Positions 10,532 to 20,529 of a stretch of DNA of 64,000 nt are shown here, piece by piece. The notes beneath the pieces are model-generated. The model worked only from the letters and a program-made list of their open reading frames with translations. It was not told the DNA's origin and did not search any database. The stretch's first letter is position 1, and every line of letters begins with the position of its first letter. Source of the DNA: Actinomycetes bacterium (lineage in GTDB: Bacteria > Actinomycetota > Actinomycetes > Mycobacteriales > Mycobacteriaceae); assembly GCA_023404955.1 (NCBI GenBank), contig JAEXZY010000152.1:8716-72715 (forward strand), read 5' to 3'. The position numbers were made by a program, and so were the translations under genes.

Positions 10532-11311
10532 TCAGGCGAAGCCGGGTGTGCGCTTCGCCAGGAACGCATCGACACCCTCACGGCCGTCGGCGGATTCGGC
10601 GCGCCGGGCGATCAGCCGGCCCTCGAGCTCCATCTGGGCCTCGAGCCCGTTGCCGAAGCTGTCGTGCAGCAGCGCCTTGACGCCGCCGTTGGCGCCGCCC
10701 GAGGTCTGCAGCATCGCCGCGGCGAGATCGTCGACGCGCTGCGCGAGCGCGTCGTCGGCGACCACCTCGGTGAGAAGGCCCCATTGCAGGGCCTCCTGGG
10801 CGGACAGCTTGCGATTGGTGAGCATCAGCTCCTTGGCCCGCGCCATCCCCACCAGGCGCGGCAGCACGTAGCTGGCGCTGCCGTCGGGCGTCAGACCGAC
10901 CCGCGTGTAGGCCATCGTGAAGGAAGACGATTCCGCGGCGACGGTGAGATCTCCCAGGACCGCCAACGAGAATCCCGCGCCGGCCGCAGCGCCGTTGACC
11001 GCGGTGATCACCACCGCGTCGCACCGCGCGAGGGTCGAAATCGCACGGTGCAGGTCGTCGGCGACGCCCTTGAGGTGACGGCCGCGGTGCGGAGCGGCGG
11101 CGAAGTCCTTGAGATCGCCTCCGGCGCTGAAGAATCGGCCGGCACCGGTGATGACGACGACCTTGACCGCGGGGTCGTCGCACGCGGCGGCCGCGATCGC
11201 GAGCTCGCGCGCCATCTCGGCGTTGATCCCGTTGGCGGCGTCGGGACGGTTCAGGGTCAGGCGCACCAACCCTGCGCTGCGCTGCACGTCGATGGTGTGG
11301 AAGTCGCTCAC
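10532..11311 (-). CDS. Enoyl-CoA hydratase/isomerase (crotonase) family, PaaG-like
   Basis: LNRPDAAN, FSAGGDL, AVNGAAAGAG, GLTPDG; GTG start preceded by TACCGT. Confidence 0.88.
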   Translation of the reverse strand: MSDFHTIDVQRSAGLVRLTLNRPDAANGINAEMARELAIAAAACDDPAVKVVVITGAGRFFSAGGDLKDFAAAPHRGRHLKGVADDLHRAISTLARCDAVVITAVNGAAAGAGFSLAVLGDLTVAAESSSFTMAYTRVGLTPDGSASYVLPRLVGMARAKELMLTNRKLSAQEALQWGLLTEVVADDALAQRVDDLAAAMLQTSGGANGGVKALLHDSFGNGLEAQMELEGRLIARRAESADGREGVDAFLAKRTPGFA

Positions 11312-11336
11312 ACCGCCGACGGTATCGCGCGTCGCC

Positions 11337-13118
11337 CTACAGGGTGCCGTCGAGGTAGCGCGCCCGGCAGGCCCGGCGCGCCAACTTGCCGCTCGTCGTC
11401 CGCGGAATGACGCCCGCGGCAACGAGTTTGATGTCGGCGAGCGGGATTGCGTGGCGTCGCGAGACCGCAGCGCGGATGGCCTCGACGATGGGGGCGGCAT
11501 CGGCGCGCCCCGCGCCGGGCGCGCGTTCGGCGACGATCACCACCTCTTCGCGACCGACACCGGGCACGGAGAACGCGGTGACGAAGCCGGACCGCACGGC
11601 CTTGGAGGCCGCGGAGACGGTCGCCTCGATGTCCTGCGGATAGTGGTTGCGGCCGTCGACGATCACCAGATCCTTGACCCGTCCGGTGATGTGCAGCTGG
11701 CCGTCGATGTAGACGCCGAGGTCGCCGGTGCGCAACCACAGTCCGCTCTCGGCCGCGCCGTCGGCGTGGCTGGACTCGGTCAGGCGGGACTGCAGCTTGT
11801 TGCGGAAGGTCAGCTCGGTTTCGTCGGTGCGGTTCCAGTACCCGCGGCCGATGTTGTCGCCGTGCAGCCAGATCTCACCGACCCGTCCGTCAGGCAACTC
11901 GGCGTCAGTCTGCGGGTCGACGATCACCGCCCATTGGCTGCGCGCGATCTGACCGCACGACACGCTGACCACGGCGTCGGGATCGTCGGCGCTGACCTGG
12001 ACAGCGTCTCCCCCGCCCAGCGCGTCCCGGTCGAGGTGGACGGCCTTGGGCGCGGACCCGGACTCGGTGGTGGAGACGAACAGCGTGGCCTCGGCCATCC
12101 CGTAGGACGGTTTGATCGCCGCAGGGTCCAGGCCGTACGGCGCGAAGGCATCGACGAAGGCGTCGACCGACGCCATGCTGACCGGCTCGGAGCCATTGAT
12201 CAGGCCGGCCACGTTGCTGAGGTCGAGCGCGTCGCCGGCGGGCGGGCGGCCGCGCTGCGCGGCGAGTTCGAACGCGAAGTTGGGTGCCGCCGCGAAGGTC
12301 GGCTTGTCCGACGCGCCGAGCTCCCGGATCCAGCGGTAGGGCCGCCGCACGAACGCGACCGGTGACATCAGCGTGATGTGGGCGCCCAGCAGTGCCGGGA
12401 ACATGATCATCAGCAGACCCATGTCGTGGAACAGCGGCAGCCAGCTCACGCTGCGGGTGTTCCAGTCCAGGCCAACGGATTCGATCATCTGCACCACGTT
12501 GGTGGCGGCGCCGCGGTGGGTGATCTCGACGCCGGCGGGCGTACGCGTGGACCCGGATGTGTACTGCAGGTAGGCGATGTCGTCGGTGCCGATGCGGACC
12601 GGTGTGAAGTGTTCGCCGACGGCGTCGGGGACCGCATCGACGGCGATCATCCGCGGCCGTCGGTCGCGCGGGATGGTGCGTAGGAAGTCGCGCACCGGCG
12701 CGGCGGCCGCTGTGGTGGTCAGCACGACGGTCGGCTGTGCATCGCCGAGCACGGCTTCGAGGCGTTCGGTGTGCCCGGGCAGCTCGGGGGCGAACAGCGG
12801 GACCGCGATGCCGCCGGCCTGGATGGCGGCGAAGAACCCGACCACGTACTCCACGCCCTGCGGGGCGAGGATGGCGATCCGGTCGCCGGTGTCGGTGATC
12901 TGCTGGAGTCGGGCACTGACGGCGCGGAGTCGAGTGCGCATCTGCGACCACGTCAGCTCGACCGTGCAGTCCCGTTCGTAGTCGAGATAGCGGTAGGCAG
13001 GCGCCTCGCCCGACTGCTCAGCGTGGCGATCCATGAACGACGTCAGCGTGACTCCGGCAGGAATCTCGATGTTGCCTTCGGCGTCGAGATAATCCTCGAG
13101 CCTCATCTCTGGACTCAT
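11337..13118 (-). CDS. Fatty acyl-AMP ligase (FAAL, FadD-type)
   Basis: YLQYTSGST, SWLPLFHDMGL, YGMAEATL, FAAL insertion (LDRDALGGG...SCG), RTTSGK; TACAAT -10 six nt before ATG. Confidence 0.93.
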   Translation of the reverse strand: MSPEMRLEDYLDAEGNIEIPAGVTLTSFMDRHAEQSGEAPAYRYLDYERDCTVELTWSQMRTRLRAVSARLQQITDTGDRIAILAPQGVEYVVGFFAAIQAGGIAVPLFAPELPGHTERLEAVLGDAQPTVVLTTTAAAAPVRDFLRTIPRDRRPRMIAVDAVPDAVGEHFTPVRIGTDDIAYLQYTSGSTRTPAGVEITHRGAATNVVQMIESVGLDWNTRSVSWLPLFHDMGLLMIMFPALLGAHITLMSPVAFVRRPYRWIRELGASDKPTFAAAPNFAFELAAQRGRPPAGDALDLSNVAGLINGSEPVSMASVDAFVDAFAPYGLDPAAIKPSYGMAEATLFVSTTESGSAPKAVHLDRDALGGGDAVQVSADDPDAVVSVSCGQIARSQWAVIVDPQTDAELPDGRVGEIWLHGDNIGRGYWNRTDETELTFRNKLQSRLTESSHADGAAESGLWLRTGDLGVYIDGQLHITGRVKDLVIVDGRNHYPQDIEATVSAASKAVRSGFVTAFSVPGVGREEVVIVAERAPGAGRADAAPIVEAIRAAVSRRHAIPLADIKLVAAGVIPRTTSGKLARRACRARYLDGTL

Positions 13119-13269
13119 AAGAGAATTGTAAGAGTCGCCGGTGGCGCCGCGCGCACGTGTCCGGCGCGTCCGGTGTCGAGTCGATTCCGGTTCGATAACG
13201 GCGACCGGGTTTGCGGTTCATCTGCGTGTGGCAGTCTTGTGGCCCCCCTCCCGCGAAACGAAGGTGTTC

Positions 13270-14754
13270 ATGCCCGGCCGAACGTCCGATATGTCCAGGT
13301 ACACCGAGACAGAGCGCAAGTTCGACGTCGACGATGCGACGGTGTCGCCGTCGTTCGACGGCCTCGCCGCGGTGTCCCGTGCCGAGCGGTCGCCGTCACA
13401 GTCGCTCGACGCTGTCTACTACGACACATCGGCTCACGACCTGGCCCGTCACCGGATCACGCTGCGCCGCCGCACGGGCGGAACCGACGCCGGATGGCAC
13501 CTGAAGCTGCCGGCCGGACAGGACAGCCGCACCGAGGTTCGGCTTCCGCTCGAGGACGGCACGCCGGCGCATCCGCAGGTGCCCGACGACCTGCGCGACC
13601 TCGTCCTCGCGATCGTCCGGGATCGCGGGCTGGCTCCGGTCGCCAAGATCAGCACCGTGCGAGAGGTCACTATGCTCTACGGCGCCGACGGGTCTGAGGT
13701 GGCCGAGTTCTGCGATGACCATGTGACCGCGGGCGCGGTCGGCGGCGAGGAGCAGCACTGGCGGGAGTGGGAGCTGGAGCTCGCCGAGGGCGCTGACCGC
13801 GGACTGTTCAAACCGCTGACTCGTCGTCTGCTCGACGCGGGGGCCCGCGCGGCGAGCCACGGCTCGAAGCTGGGGCGAGTGCTCGCGACTCCGGCCGACG
13901 ACGCACCCGCGGTCCTGGACGATCCGGTGCATCGCGCGGTGGCCGAACAGGTCCGCGAGCTCGTCGAATGGGACCGCGCCGTGCGCGCGGACGTTTACGA
14001 CTCGGTGCACCAGATGCGCGTGACGACACGCAAGATCCGCAGCCTGCTGCAGTCCTCGGAGGGGGCGTTCGGCATCACCGACGATTCGTGGGTGCTCGCG
14101 GAACTGCGAGAGCTCGCGGGCGTGCTCGGGGTGGCGCGCGATGCGGAGGTGCTGGCCGAGCGGTATGAGCAGGCGCTCGACGGGTTGCCCGACGACCTCG
14201 TCCGCGGACCGGTGCGCGAGCGGCTGGTGGAGGGCGCCAAGAAGCGCTACCAGACGGGGTGGAAGCGGTCGCTGGCCGCGATGCGGACGCCCCGGTACTT
14301 CCGGCTGTTGGAAGCGCTGGAGGAGCTGACGACGGCCGAGCCGTCGCTGGCACCGGGCGAGGAACCCACCGAGGTGACCATCGACTCGGCGTACAAGCGG
14401 GTGCGCAAGGCGGCGAAGAAGGCGAGCAAGGTCGCGGACGACGCCGAGCACGCCGATGAGGCGCTGCACAAGATCCGTAAGCGTGCGAAGCAGCTGCGCT
14501 ACACCGCCGCGGCCACCGGCAAGTCGAAGGTGGCCGACCGGGCGAAGGCGATCCAGTCGCTGCTGGGCGATCACCAGGACAGCGTGGTGAGCCGGGCTCA
14601 TCTGAGCCGGCAGGCCGAACAGGCGCACGCGGCGGGCGAGGACACCTTCACCTACGGGCTGCTGTATCAGCAGGAACACGAGCTGGCGGTGCGCTGCGAG
14701 GAGCAGGTGGCCGACGCGCTCGAGCAGCTGGCGAAGGCCGTCAAGAAGGCCTGA
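13270..14754 (+). CDS. CYTH and CHAD domain protein (Rv2226-like)
   Basis: ETERKF, LRRRTGGTDAGWHLK, EWELEL; CHAD VHQMRV, LHKIRKRAK, LGDHQD. Confidence 0.92.
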   Translation: MPGRTSDMSRYTETERKFDVDDATVSPSFDGLAAVSRAERSPSQSLDAVYYDTSAHDLARHRITLRRRTGGTDAGWHLKLPAGQDSRTEVRLPLEDGTPAHPQVPDDLRDLVLAIVRDRGLAPVAKISTVREVTMLYGADGSEVAEFCDDHVTAGAVGGEEQHWREWELELAEGADRGLFKPLTRRLLDAGARAASHGSKLGRVLATPADDAPAVLDDPVHRAVAEQVRELVEWDRAVRADVYDSVHQMRVTTRKIRSLLQSSEGAFGITDDSWVLAELRELAGVLGVARDAEVLAERYEQALDGLPDDLVRGPVRERLVEGAKKRYQTGWKRSLAAMRTPRYFRLLEALEELTTAEPSLAPGEEPTEVTIDSAYKRVRKAAKKASKVADDAEHADEALHKIRKRAKQLRYTAAATGKSKVADRAKAIQSLLGDHQDSVVSRAHLSRQAEQAHAAGEDTFTYGLLYQQEHELAVRCEEQVADALEQLAKAVKKA

Positions 14755-14767
14755 CCCCGCGAGGGGC

Positions 14768-15198
<431 letters not shown>

Positions 15199-15256
15199 GC
15201 CCTGACAACGTAGCGCTTGCGGCGGCGATTCCGGTAACGGATGCGCACGCCTGATG

Positions 15257-16555
15257 TCAGGCGCTGCGTTTGAGTTCGACACCCAGTTCCACGATGTCGA
15301 TGCTGAGTCGTCCTTCGATGACGCTGTAGCGGCGGCGTATCGAGGGTCCGGGTAGGGGTGGTGCGGTGGAGTGGTAGGTCGCGCCGGTGGGGGTGGTGTA
15401 GGTGGCGGTGTGCCGGCCCTGGGTGTGGTGGGTGGTGACGGTCCAGCCGGGGGCTTCTTTGGCGTAGTTGCAGGCTGCGCAGGAACCCAGTCCGTTGAGC
15501 GCGCTTGTCTTGCCGCCCGTGCGGGCGGGGGTGGCGTGGTCGTGGTGGCGGATGGGGGCGTCGCAGTAGGGGGTGCGGCAGGTTTGGTCGCGCAGGCCGA
15601 TGAATGTGGCCAGCCCTTTCGGGAAGATCCGGGCCTTGGATTCCATCGCGACCAGCTGTCCGCTGCTGGGGTGGCGGTAGAGCCGCCGCAGCGTGGCTTT
15701 TGCGCTCTCGTCGGCCACGGTGTCGGACACCAGCTCACGAACGACCGCGGCGGGCACGGGCCCGTAGCCGTCGACCCAGCCCGGGGAATCGTCGTCGCCG
15801 AGCAGGGTGGTGTCGGCCATGACCAGGTTGACCGCGATCGGCACCGGCGTCTCGGCCGGACGGGCGGTCACCCGCTCATACAGGGTGTCGGTCATGATCT
15901 GCCCGCGCGGGCGGCCGTCCCCGCACAGGTCGGCGTCGCGTTTGAGGGCGGCGTACACGCCGATGCCTTGTGCTAGGGGCATCAGGGCGGTCAGGTAGAC
16001 CATGCCGTTGGGTGCGGGTCGGGTCGACACCCGCGCTGAGGCCGCCGCCCGCTCTTTGCGCTGCACGACCGCGGCGGCGTCCAACCGGGCCGCGATCGCC
16101 GCAGCGGCGGCCTCGATGCGCGCATTGCCCAACCCGACCAGCCCCTGCTGATCTGCGCACAGTTCGGCGTCCAGCGTCCGGCGGTCCTCGACGGTCAGGC
16201 AGGCCGACTGTTTGACGATCAGCGTGGCTCGGTATTCGGTCAACACGCCGGATTCGAGCGCGGCCAGCGTGTGGGGCATTTCGTGCACCAGGGCCTGGGC
16301 GAAGCCGAGGTGCTGGTGACCGCGGGCTGGGGAATCCACCCGGGCCAGCGCGACTTCGGAGGCCAGCCCCCGCCCGCGTTTCCGCGCGGGCATCCCCGCC
16401 TCGGCCTCAGAAGCCCGCCGTTTCTCCGCCCACAAGGCGGTGGCGCGAGCCTGCATCGCGGCCGCGGTGGCCTTGAGCCGTTCGCAGCCCGCCACGACCT
16501 CGCGCAGCTCGGCCTCCGAGGCCGAACCATCGAAATCGAACACCTGTGCGAACAT
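15257..16555 (-). CDS. DUF222 (13E12 family) HNH endonuclease domain protein, copy 1
   Basis: RDQTCRTPYCDAPIRHHDH...NGLGSCAACNYAKE HNH module, TPTG C-terminal motif. Confidence 0.9.
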   Translation of the reverse strand: MFAQVFDFDGSASEAELREVVAGCERLKATAAAMQARATALWAEKRRASEAEAGMPARKRGRGLASEVALARVDSPARGHQHLGFAQALVHEMPHTLAALESGVLTEYRATLIVKQSACLTVEDRRTLDAELCADQQGLVGLGNARIEAAAAAIAARLDAAAVVQRKERAAASARVSTRPAPNGMVYLTALMPLAQGIGVYAALKRDADLCGDGRPRGQIMTDTLYERVTARPAETPVPIAVNLVMADTTLLGDDDSPGWVDGYGPVPAAVVRELVSDTVADESAKATLRRLYRHPSSGQLVAMESKARIFPKGLATFIGLRDQTCRTPYCDAPIRHHDHATPARTGGKTSALNGLGSCAACNYAKEAPGWTVTTHHTQGRHTATYTTPTGATYHSTAPPLPGPSIRRRYSVIEGRLSIDIVELGVELKRSA

Positions 16556-16583
16556 GCCTCGAGACTAGCGCGGTCCTCCGACA
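16536..16583 (-). promoter_or_regulatory. PafBC/RecA-NDp-type promoter plus imperfect LexA box
   Basis: Minus strand TGTCGG-aggaccgcgc-TAGTCT-cgaggc-ATG; TCGAAC-acct-GTGCGA at 16536-16551 (1 mismatch). Confidence 0.75.
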
Positions 16584-17203
16584 TGTCGGCGTCTGAGCAC
16601 GATCAGGTTGTCGATCAGCACCGCCTGCTCACCGTCCGGCCCGACTGCCTCACGCTCGACGGGCTCCGCGCGCATCGTCTCCCACTGACCGGGGCCAGCA
16701 TCGATCTGAGCCAGCACACCGTCGACGGTGGGGAACTCGTGGTCGTGCGCCAGGTTCGACCACGGTGGCGCGGCGCCGTGGTCGACGATGATCAGCACTC
16801 CGCCCGGCGCCACGGCGCGAGCGGCGGCGGCGAAGATGCGCTCTCTGTCGAGGTGCACGAACGATTGCAGGAACTGCGCCGACACCAGATCGAAGGTGCC
16901 TTCCGGGAAGTCCTCGGAGAGGTTCATCTGCTGCAACCGAACTCTGTCGACCACACCTCGCCGGGCCGCTTCCTCGTCGGCTCGGCTCAGCGCCGTCTCG
17001 GAGATGTCCACTCCCAGTGCCTGCCAACCTTTTTCAGCCAGCCACAGCACGTCGGCCCCCTCGCCGCACCCGAGATCGAGCGCCCGACCCGGCGGCAGCG
17101 GGCCCGCCACCTCCGCGAGCCACGGATTGACTCGGCCACTCCACACCCGCTCCCGTTCGCCGTACCGAGCCTCCCATTGCGCTTTCACGTCGTCCGTACT
17201 CAT
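16565..17203 (-). CDS. Class I SAM-dependent methyltransferase
   Basis: ALDLGCGEGAD, GVDIS, FDLVSAQFL, PGG. Confidence 0.92.
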   Translation of the reverse strand: MSTDDVKAQWEARYGERERVWSGRVNPWLAEVAGPLPPGRALDLGCGEGADVLWLAEKGWQALGVDISETALSRADEEAARRGVVDRVRLQQMNLSEDFPEGTFDLVSAQFLQSFVHLDRERIFAAAARAVAPGGVLIIVDHGAAPPWSNLAHDHEFPTVDGVLAQIDAGPGQWETMRAEPVEREAVGPDGEQAVLIDNLIVLRRRHVGGPR

Positions 17204-18111
17204 GCACCCTCCTCCATCTCACTGCGGACAATCGAAGCGGCAGCGCCAGATCCCGATGCGATCGCTGCTGCCACCTGCGGCATCGATACGCTCGTATCCC
17301 CCGCCGCGAACACCCCGGGCACCGAGGTCTGCCACATCGCGTCCACCGCAACAGATTCCGCCGACACCGGACTCGGCGGCGCGAGAGTCACACCGAGCGC
17401 TTGCGCCAGTCCGTTGCGCTGACGCAGCGTGATCGCCACCAGCAACCCCCGCCGGTTCAGCGTGGCCCCGTCCTCGAACACGATGGCATCGAGCTGCCCG
17501 TCCGCACCCGACACGCGCGACACCAGACGCTCGTCGATCGCGATCCCGCGTGCCGCCAACTGCGCGCGATCGGCGTGACTCAGCTCGGCAGGCCCGTTCG
17601 ACACGACGACGACGTCATTGCTCCAGCGCTTCAACAGAGTCGCCATGTGCACCGCCCTCTCCCCCTTCGCGAGCACGCCGAGGGGTTGATCGCGGACTTC
17701 CCAGCCGTGGCAGAACGGGCAGTGGAACACCGACCGGCCCCAGAACTCGTCGAGGCCGGGGACGCTCGGCAGCTGGTAGCGCATGCCGGTCGCCAGCAGG
17801 ACTCGCCGCACCTGTTCGGTTCCGCCGTCGGCCATCCCAACCGTGAAGCCGCCTTCGTGTGGGATCACCGAGACGACTTCACCGCCGCGGACTTCGACCG
17901 ACGGATATCGGATCAGTTCGTCGCGACCCGTCGCGTACAGCTGCGCCGGCGATACCCCGTCGAAGCCGAGGAGTCCGCCGACGCCGTGCGCGGGCAGGTT
18001 GCTCTGCTCGCCGGCGTCCACCACGAGTGTTTGCATCCGCGCCCGGCCCAGCACCAGCGCGGCGCTCAGTCCGGCGGCCCCGCCGCCGATCACCACACAG
18101 TCCTTAGTCAT
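17200..18111 (-). CDS. Thioredoxin-reductase-like FAD oxidoreductase with CxxC
   Basis: VIGGGAAG, LLATG, FHCPFCHG, TSVPGVFAAGD; ATGA overlap with methyltransferase. Confidence 0.9.
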   Translation of the reverse strand: MTKDCVVIGGGAAGLSAALVLGRARMQTLVVDAGEQSNLPAHGVGGLLGFDGVSPAQLYATGRDELIRYPSVEVRGGEVVSVIPHEGGFTVGMADGGTEQVRRVLLATGMRYQLPSVPGLDEFWGRSVFHCPFCHGWEVRDQPLGVLAKGERAVHMATLLKRWSNDVVVVSNGPAELSHADRAQLAARGIAIDERLVSRVSGADGQLDAIVFEDGATLNRRGLLVAITLRQRNGLAQALGVTLAPPSPVSAESVAVDAMWQTSVPGVFAAGDTSVSMPQVAAAIASGSGAAASIVRSEMEEGA

Positions 18112-18152
18112 GTCCCCACCTTGCTCGCGGCGGCTACATTCTGCCAAGCTCT

Positions 18153-18169
18153 TTTGCCATGCAGGCAAA
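18153..18169. promoter_or_regulatory. Candidate operator of the XRE-cupin regulator
   Basis: TTTGCC-atgca-GGCAAA inverted repeat spanning the regulator start codon. Confidence 0.5.
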
Positions 18170-18743
18170 TGACGATGATGGAGTCGACGCCCGGGTGCGG
18201 CGCAGACTCCGCGAACTCCGCACCCAGCGAGGCATGACGCTCGACGACGTGGCGTCGCGGTCCAGCATCGACGTCTCCACGCTGAGCAGGCTGGAGTCAG
18301 GAAAGCGACGCCTGGCGCTCGATCACCTGCCGCGGCTGGCCCGCGCCCTGGCCGTCAGTACCGACGAGCTGCTGCGCGAACCCGAGGTCGACGATCCCCG
18401 CGTGCGCGGCACAGCCCACACGAGTCATCTGATCACGTTCTGGCCCTTGACCGGCCAGGGTCCCGCCGGCGGCCTGCATGCCTACAGGATCCGGATCAGC
18501 GCGCGGCGGCGCACACCGCCCGAACAACTTCCGGTGCACGAGGGCCACGACTGGATGTATGTGCTGTCAGGGAGCATGCGCCTACTGCTGGGCGATCACG
18601 ACTTCACGATCAAACCCGGTGAGGCCGTGGAATTCTCGACGTGGACGCCGCACTGGTTCGGCACCGTCGACGGACCTGTCGAGGCGATCGCACTGTTCGG
18701 CCTCCACGGTGAGCGTGTGCACCTGCACACCGATCACAAATAG
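18159..18743 (+). CDS. XRE-family HTH regulator with cupin domain
   Basis: TLDDVASRSSIDVSTLSRLESGKR; HEGHDWMYVLSG, PGEAVEF..PH. Confidence 0.92.
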   Translation: MQANDDDGVDARVRRRLRELRTQRGMTLDDVASRSSIDVSTLSRLESGKRRLALDHLPRLARALAVSTDELLREPEVDDPRVRGTAHTSHLITFWPLTGQGPAGGLHAYRIRISARRRTPPEQLPVHEGHDWMYVLSGSMRLLLGDHDFTIKPGEAVEFSTWTPHWFGTVDGPVEAIALFGLHGERVHLHTDHK

Positions 18744-19795
18744 GCGGTCTGGTTGACCAGTCGCACGGACGCCGCGCCGTCGGGGTAGAACTCGGCGATC
18801 GACAGCGACGCCAGGTCCAGGTGCAGCCGGTAGAGGATCGCAGGACCGGCGTCCAGGGCAACGCGCAGAAGCGTTTTGATCGGTGTCACATGGGACACCA
18901 CCAGCACCGTCTGGCCGGCACGTTCGGTGAGCAGGCGCTGCTGGACCCGAGTGATCCTGCGTGCCACCGCGTCGAAGCTCTCCCCGCCCGGCGGGGCGAC
19001 GGCGGTGTCCGCGAGCCAGCGCCGATGCAGCTCGGGATCCCGCTCCGAGGCCTCCCGGAACGTCAGCCCTTCCCATGAGCCGAAGTCGGTCTCGATCAGA
19101 TCGTCGTCGACCTCGACGTCGAGTCCGAGCGCGCCCGCGGCCGCCGCGGCGGTATCGCGCGCCCGCTTCAGCGGGGAGCACACCACCGCATCGATACCTC
19201 CGAGCTTCGACAGATAGCCGGCCGCGGCGGCGGCCTGCCGCACCCCCAGTTCAGTCAGGTCCGGGTTGCCGCGCCCGGAATAGCGGCGTTCCACCGACAG
19301 CGGCGTTTGCCCGTGCCGGAGCAGCAAGAGCCGCGTGGGGGCACCTTTGGCCCCTGTCCACCCCGCCGGGTTCACTTTCACCGCTTCGGATTCCGCCGCG
19401 CCGTCCATCGCCTGGTTGGCCAGCGCATCGGCAGCGCTGTTCTGCTCGCGAGGAATCCAGGTGTAGTCGATGTGGTCGAACGCAGCCGCACGTTCGCGAG
19501 CTTGCTGGTGCAGCGCAGCCAGATCGGGGTGCTTGACGCGCCAGCGCCCCGCCATCTGTTCCACGACCAGCTTCGAGTCCATCCGGACATCGACGTCGGT
19601 CGCTGCGAGGTCGGCGGCAGCCTCCAAACCCGCGATCAGCCCGCGGTATTCGGCGACGTTGTTGGTGGCCCGGCCGATCGACGCCTTGGCTTCTGCGAGG
19701 ACCTCCGTGTGATCCGCCGACCACACGACGGCGCCGTACCCGGCCGGACCGGGGTTACCGCGTGATCCCCCGTCGGCCTCGACGAGTACCTTCAC
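18734..19795 (-). CDS. rnhC: Bifunctional RNase HI / CobC-like acid phosphatase (Rv2228c)
   Basis: ADGGSRGNPG, TNNVAEY, DSKLVV; RHGQT phosphatase motif. Confidence 0.95.
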   Translation of the reverse strand: MKVLVEADGGSRGNPGPAGYGAVVWSADHTEVLAEAKASIGRATNNVAEYRGLIAGLEAAADLAATDVDVRMDSKLVVEQMAGRWRVKHPDLAALHQQARERAAAFDHIDYTWIPREQNSAADALANQAMDGAAESEAVKVNPAGWTGAKGAPTRLLLLRHGQTPLSVERRYSGRGNPDLTELGVRQAAAAAGYLSKLGGIDAVVCSPLKRARDTAAAAAGALGLDVEVDDDLIETDFGSWEGLTFREASERDPELHRRWLADTAVAPPGGESFDAVARRITRVQQRLLTERAGQTVLVVSHVTPIKTLLRVALDAGPAILYRLHLDLASLSIAEFYPDGAASVRLVNQTAYL

Positions 19796-20529
19796 GCCCC
19801 GGAACCCTTGACTCTCAGAAGAATCGCCGAGCACTCCGGGCACCGCAGCACCTCGTCGTCGGGCGCGGCGGCGATGCGCGCCAATTCGCCCCTGTCGATC
19901 TCGAGTCGGCACGCCCCGCACCGCCGGCCCTGCAGCGTCGCGGCGCCCGTGCCGCCGCGCGCACGTTGACGCTCGTACATCGACACCAGCCCGTCGTCGA
20001 TGGTGGCGACGAGTTCTTCACGCCGCGAGCGCGCCTGGTGGGCAAGCTGGCTCAGGTGCGTACGCGCCGAGTCGCAGTTGCGCTGCGCATCCGACATCCC
20101 GGTCTGCAGATCGTCGATGCCGGTCAGTTCCCGATCCTGGTCGGCGGCCAGCTCCTCGCGCCGCTCCATCACCTCGAGCAGCGAATCCTCGAGGTTGGCC
20201 TGGCGGCGCTCCAGGGTGTCCAGCTCGTGCTCGATCTCGGTGAGCTGCTTGGGATCCACGGTGCCGCCCTCGAGCAGGCGACGATCCCGATCCTCCCGTT
20301 GTCGCACGCCGTCGATCTCGCTCTCGAATTTCGCGATCTGCGCGTCGATGTCGGCGAGAGCGAGTTGAACCGCGGCCAACCGGTCGTTCGCCTCGCGGTG
20401 CGCACTCTGGGCAGCCTCGAGTTTGGCCTGCTCGGGAAGGTTCTTGACCCGATGGTCGAGCCGGCCGATCTCGGCGTCCAGCTCGGCCAGTTCGAGCACC
20501 AGACGTTGTTGGGCCACATCAGCTTTCAT
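19792..20529 (-). CDS. Coiled-coil zinc-ribbon protein (Rv2229c-like)
   Basis: MKADVAQQ, long coiled coil, CGAC...CPEC. Confidence 0.92.
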   Translation of the reverse strand: MKADVAQQRLVLELAELDAEIGRLDHRVKNLPEQAKLEAAQSAHREANDRLAAVQLALADIDAQIAKFESEIDGVRQREDRDRRLLEGGTVDPKQLTEIEHELDTLERRQANLEDSLLEVMERREELAADQDRELTGIDDLQTGMSDAQRNCDSARTHLSQLAHQARSRREELVATIDDGLVSMYERQRARGGTGAATLQGRRCGACRLEIDRGELARIAAAPDDEVLRCPECSAILLRVKGSGA

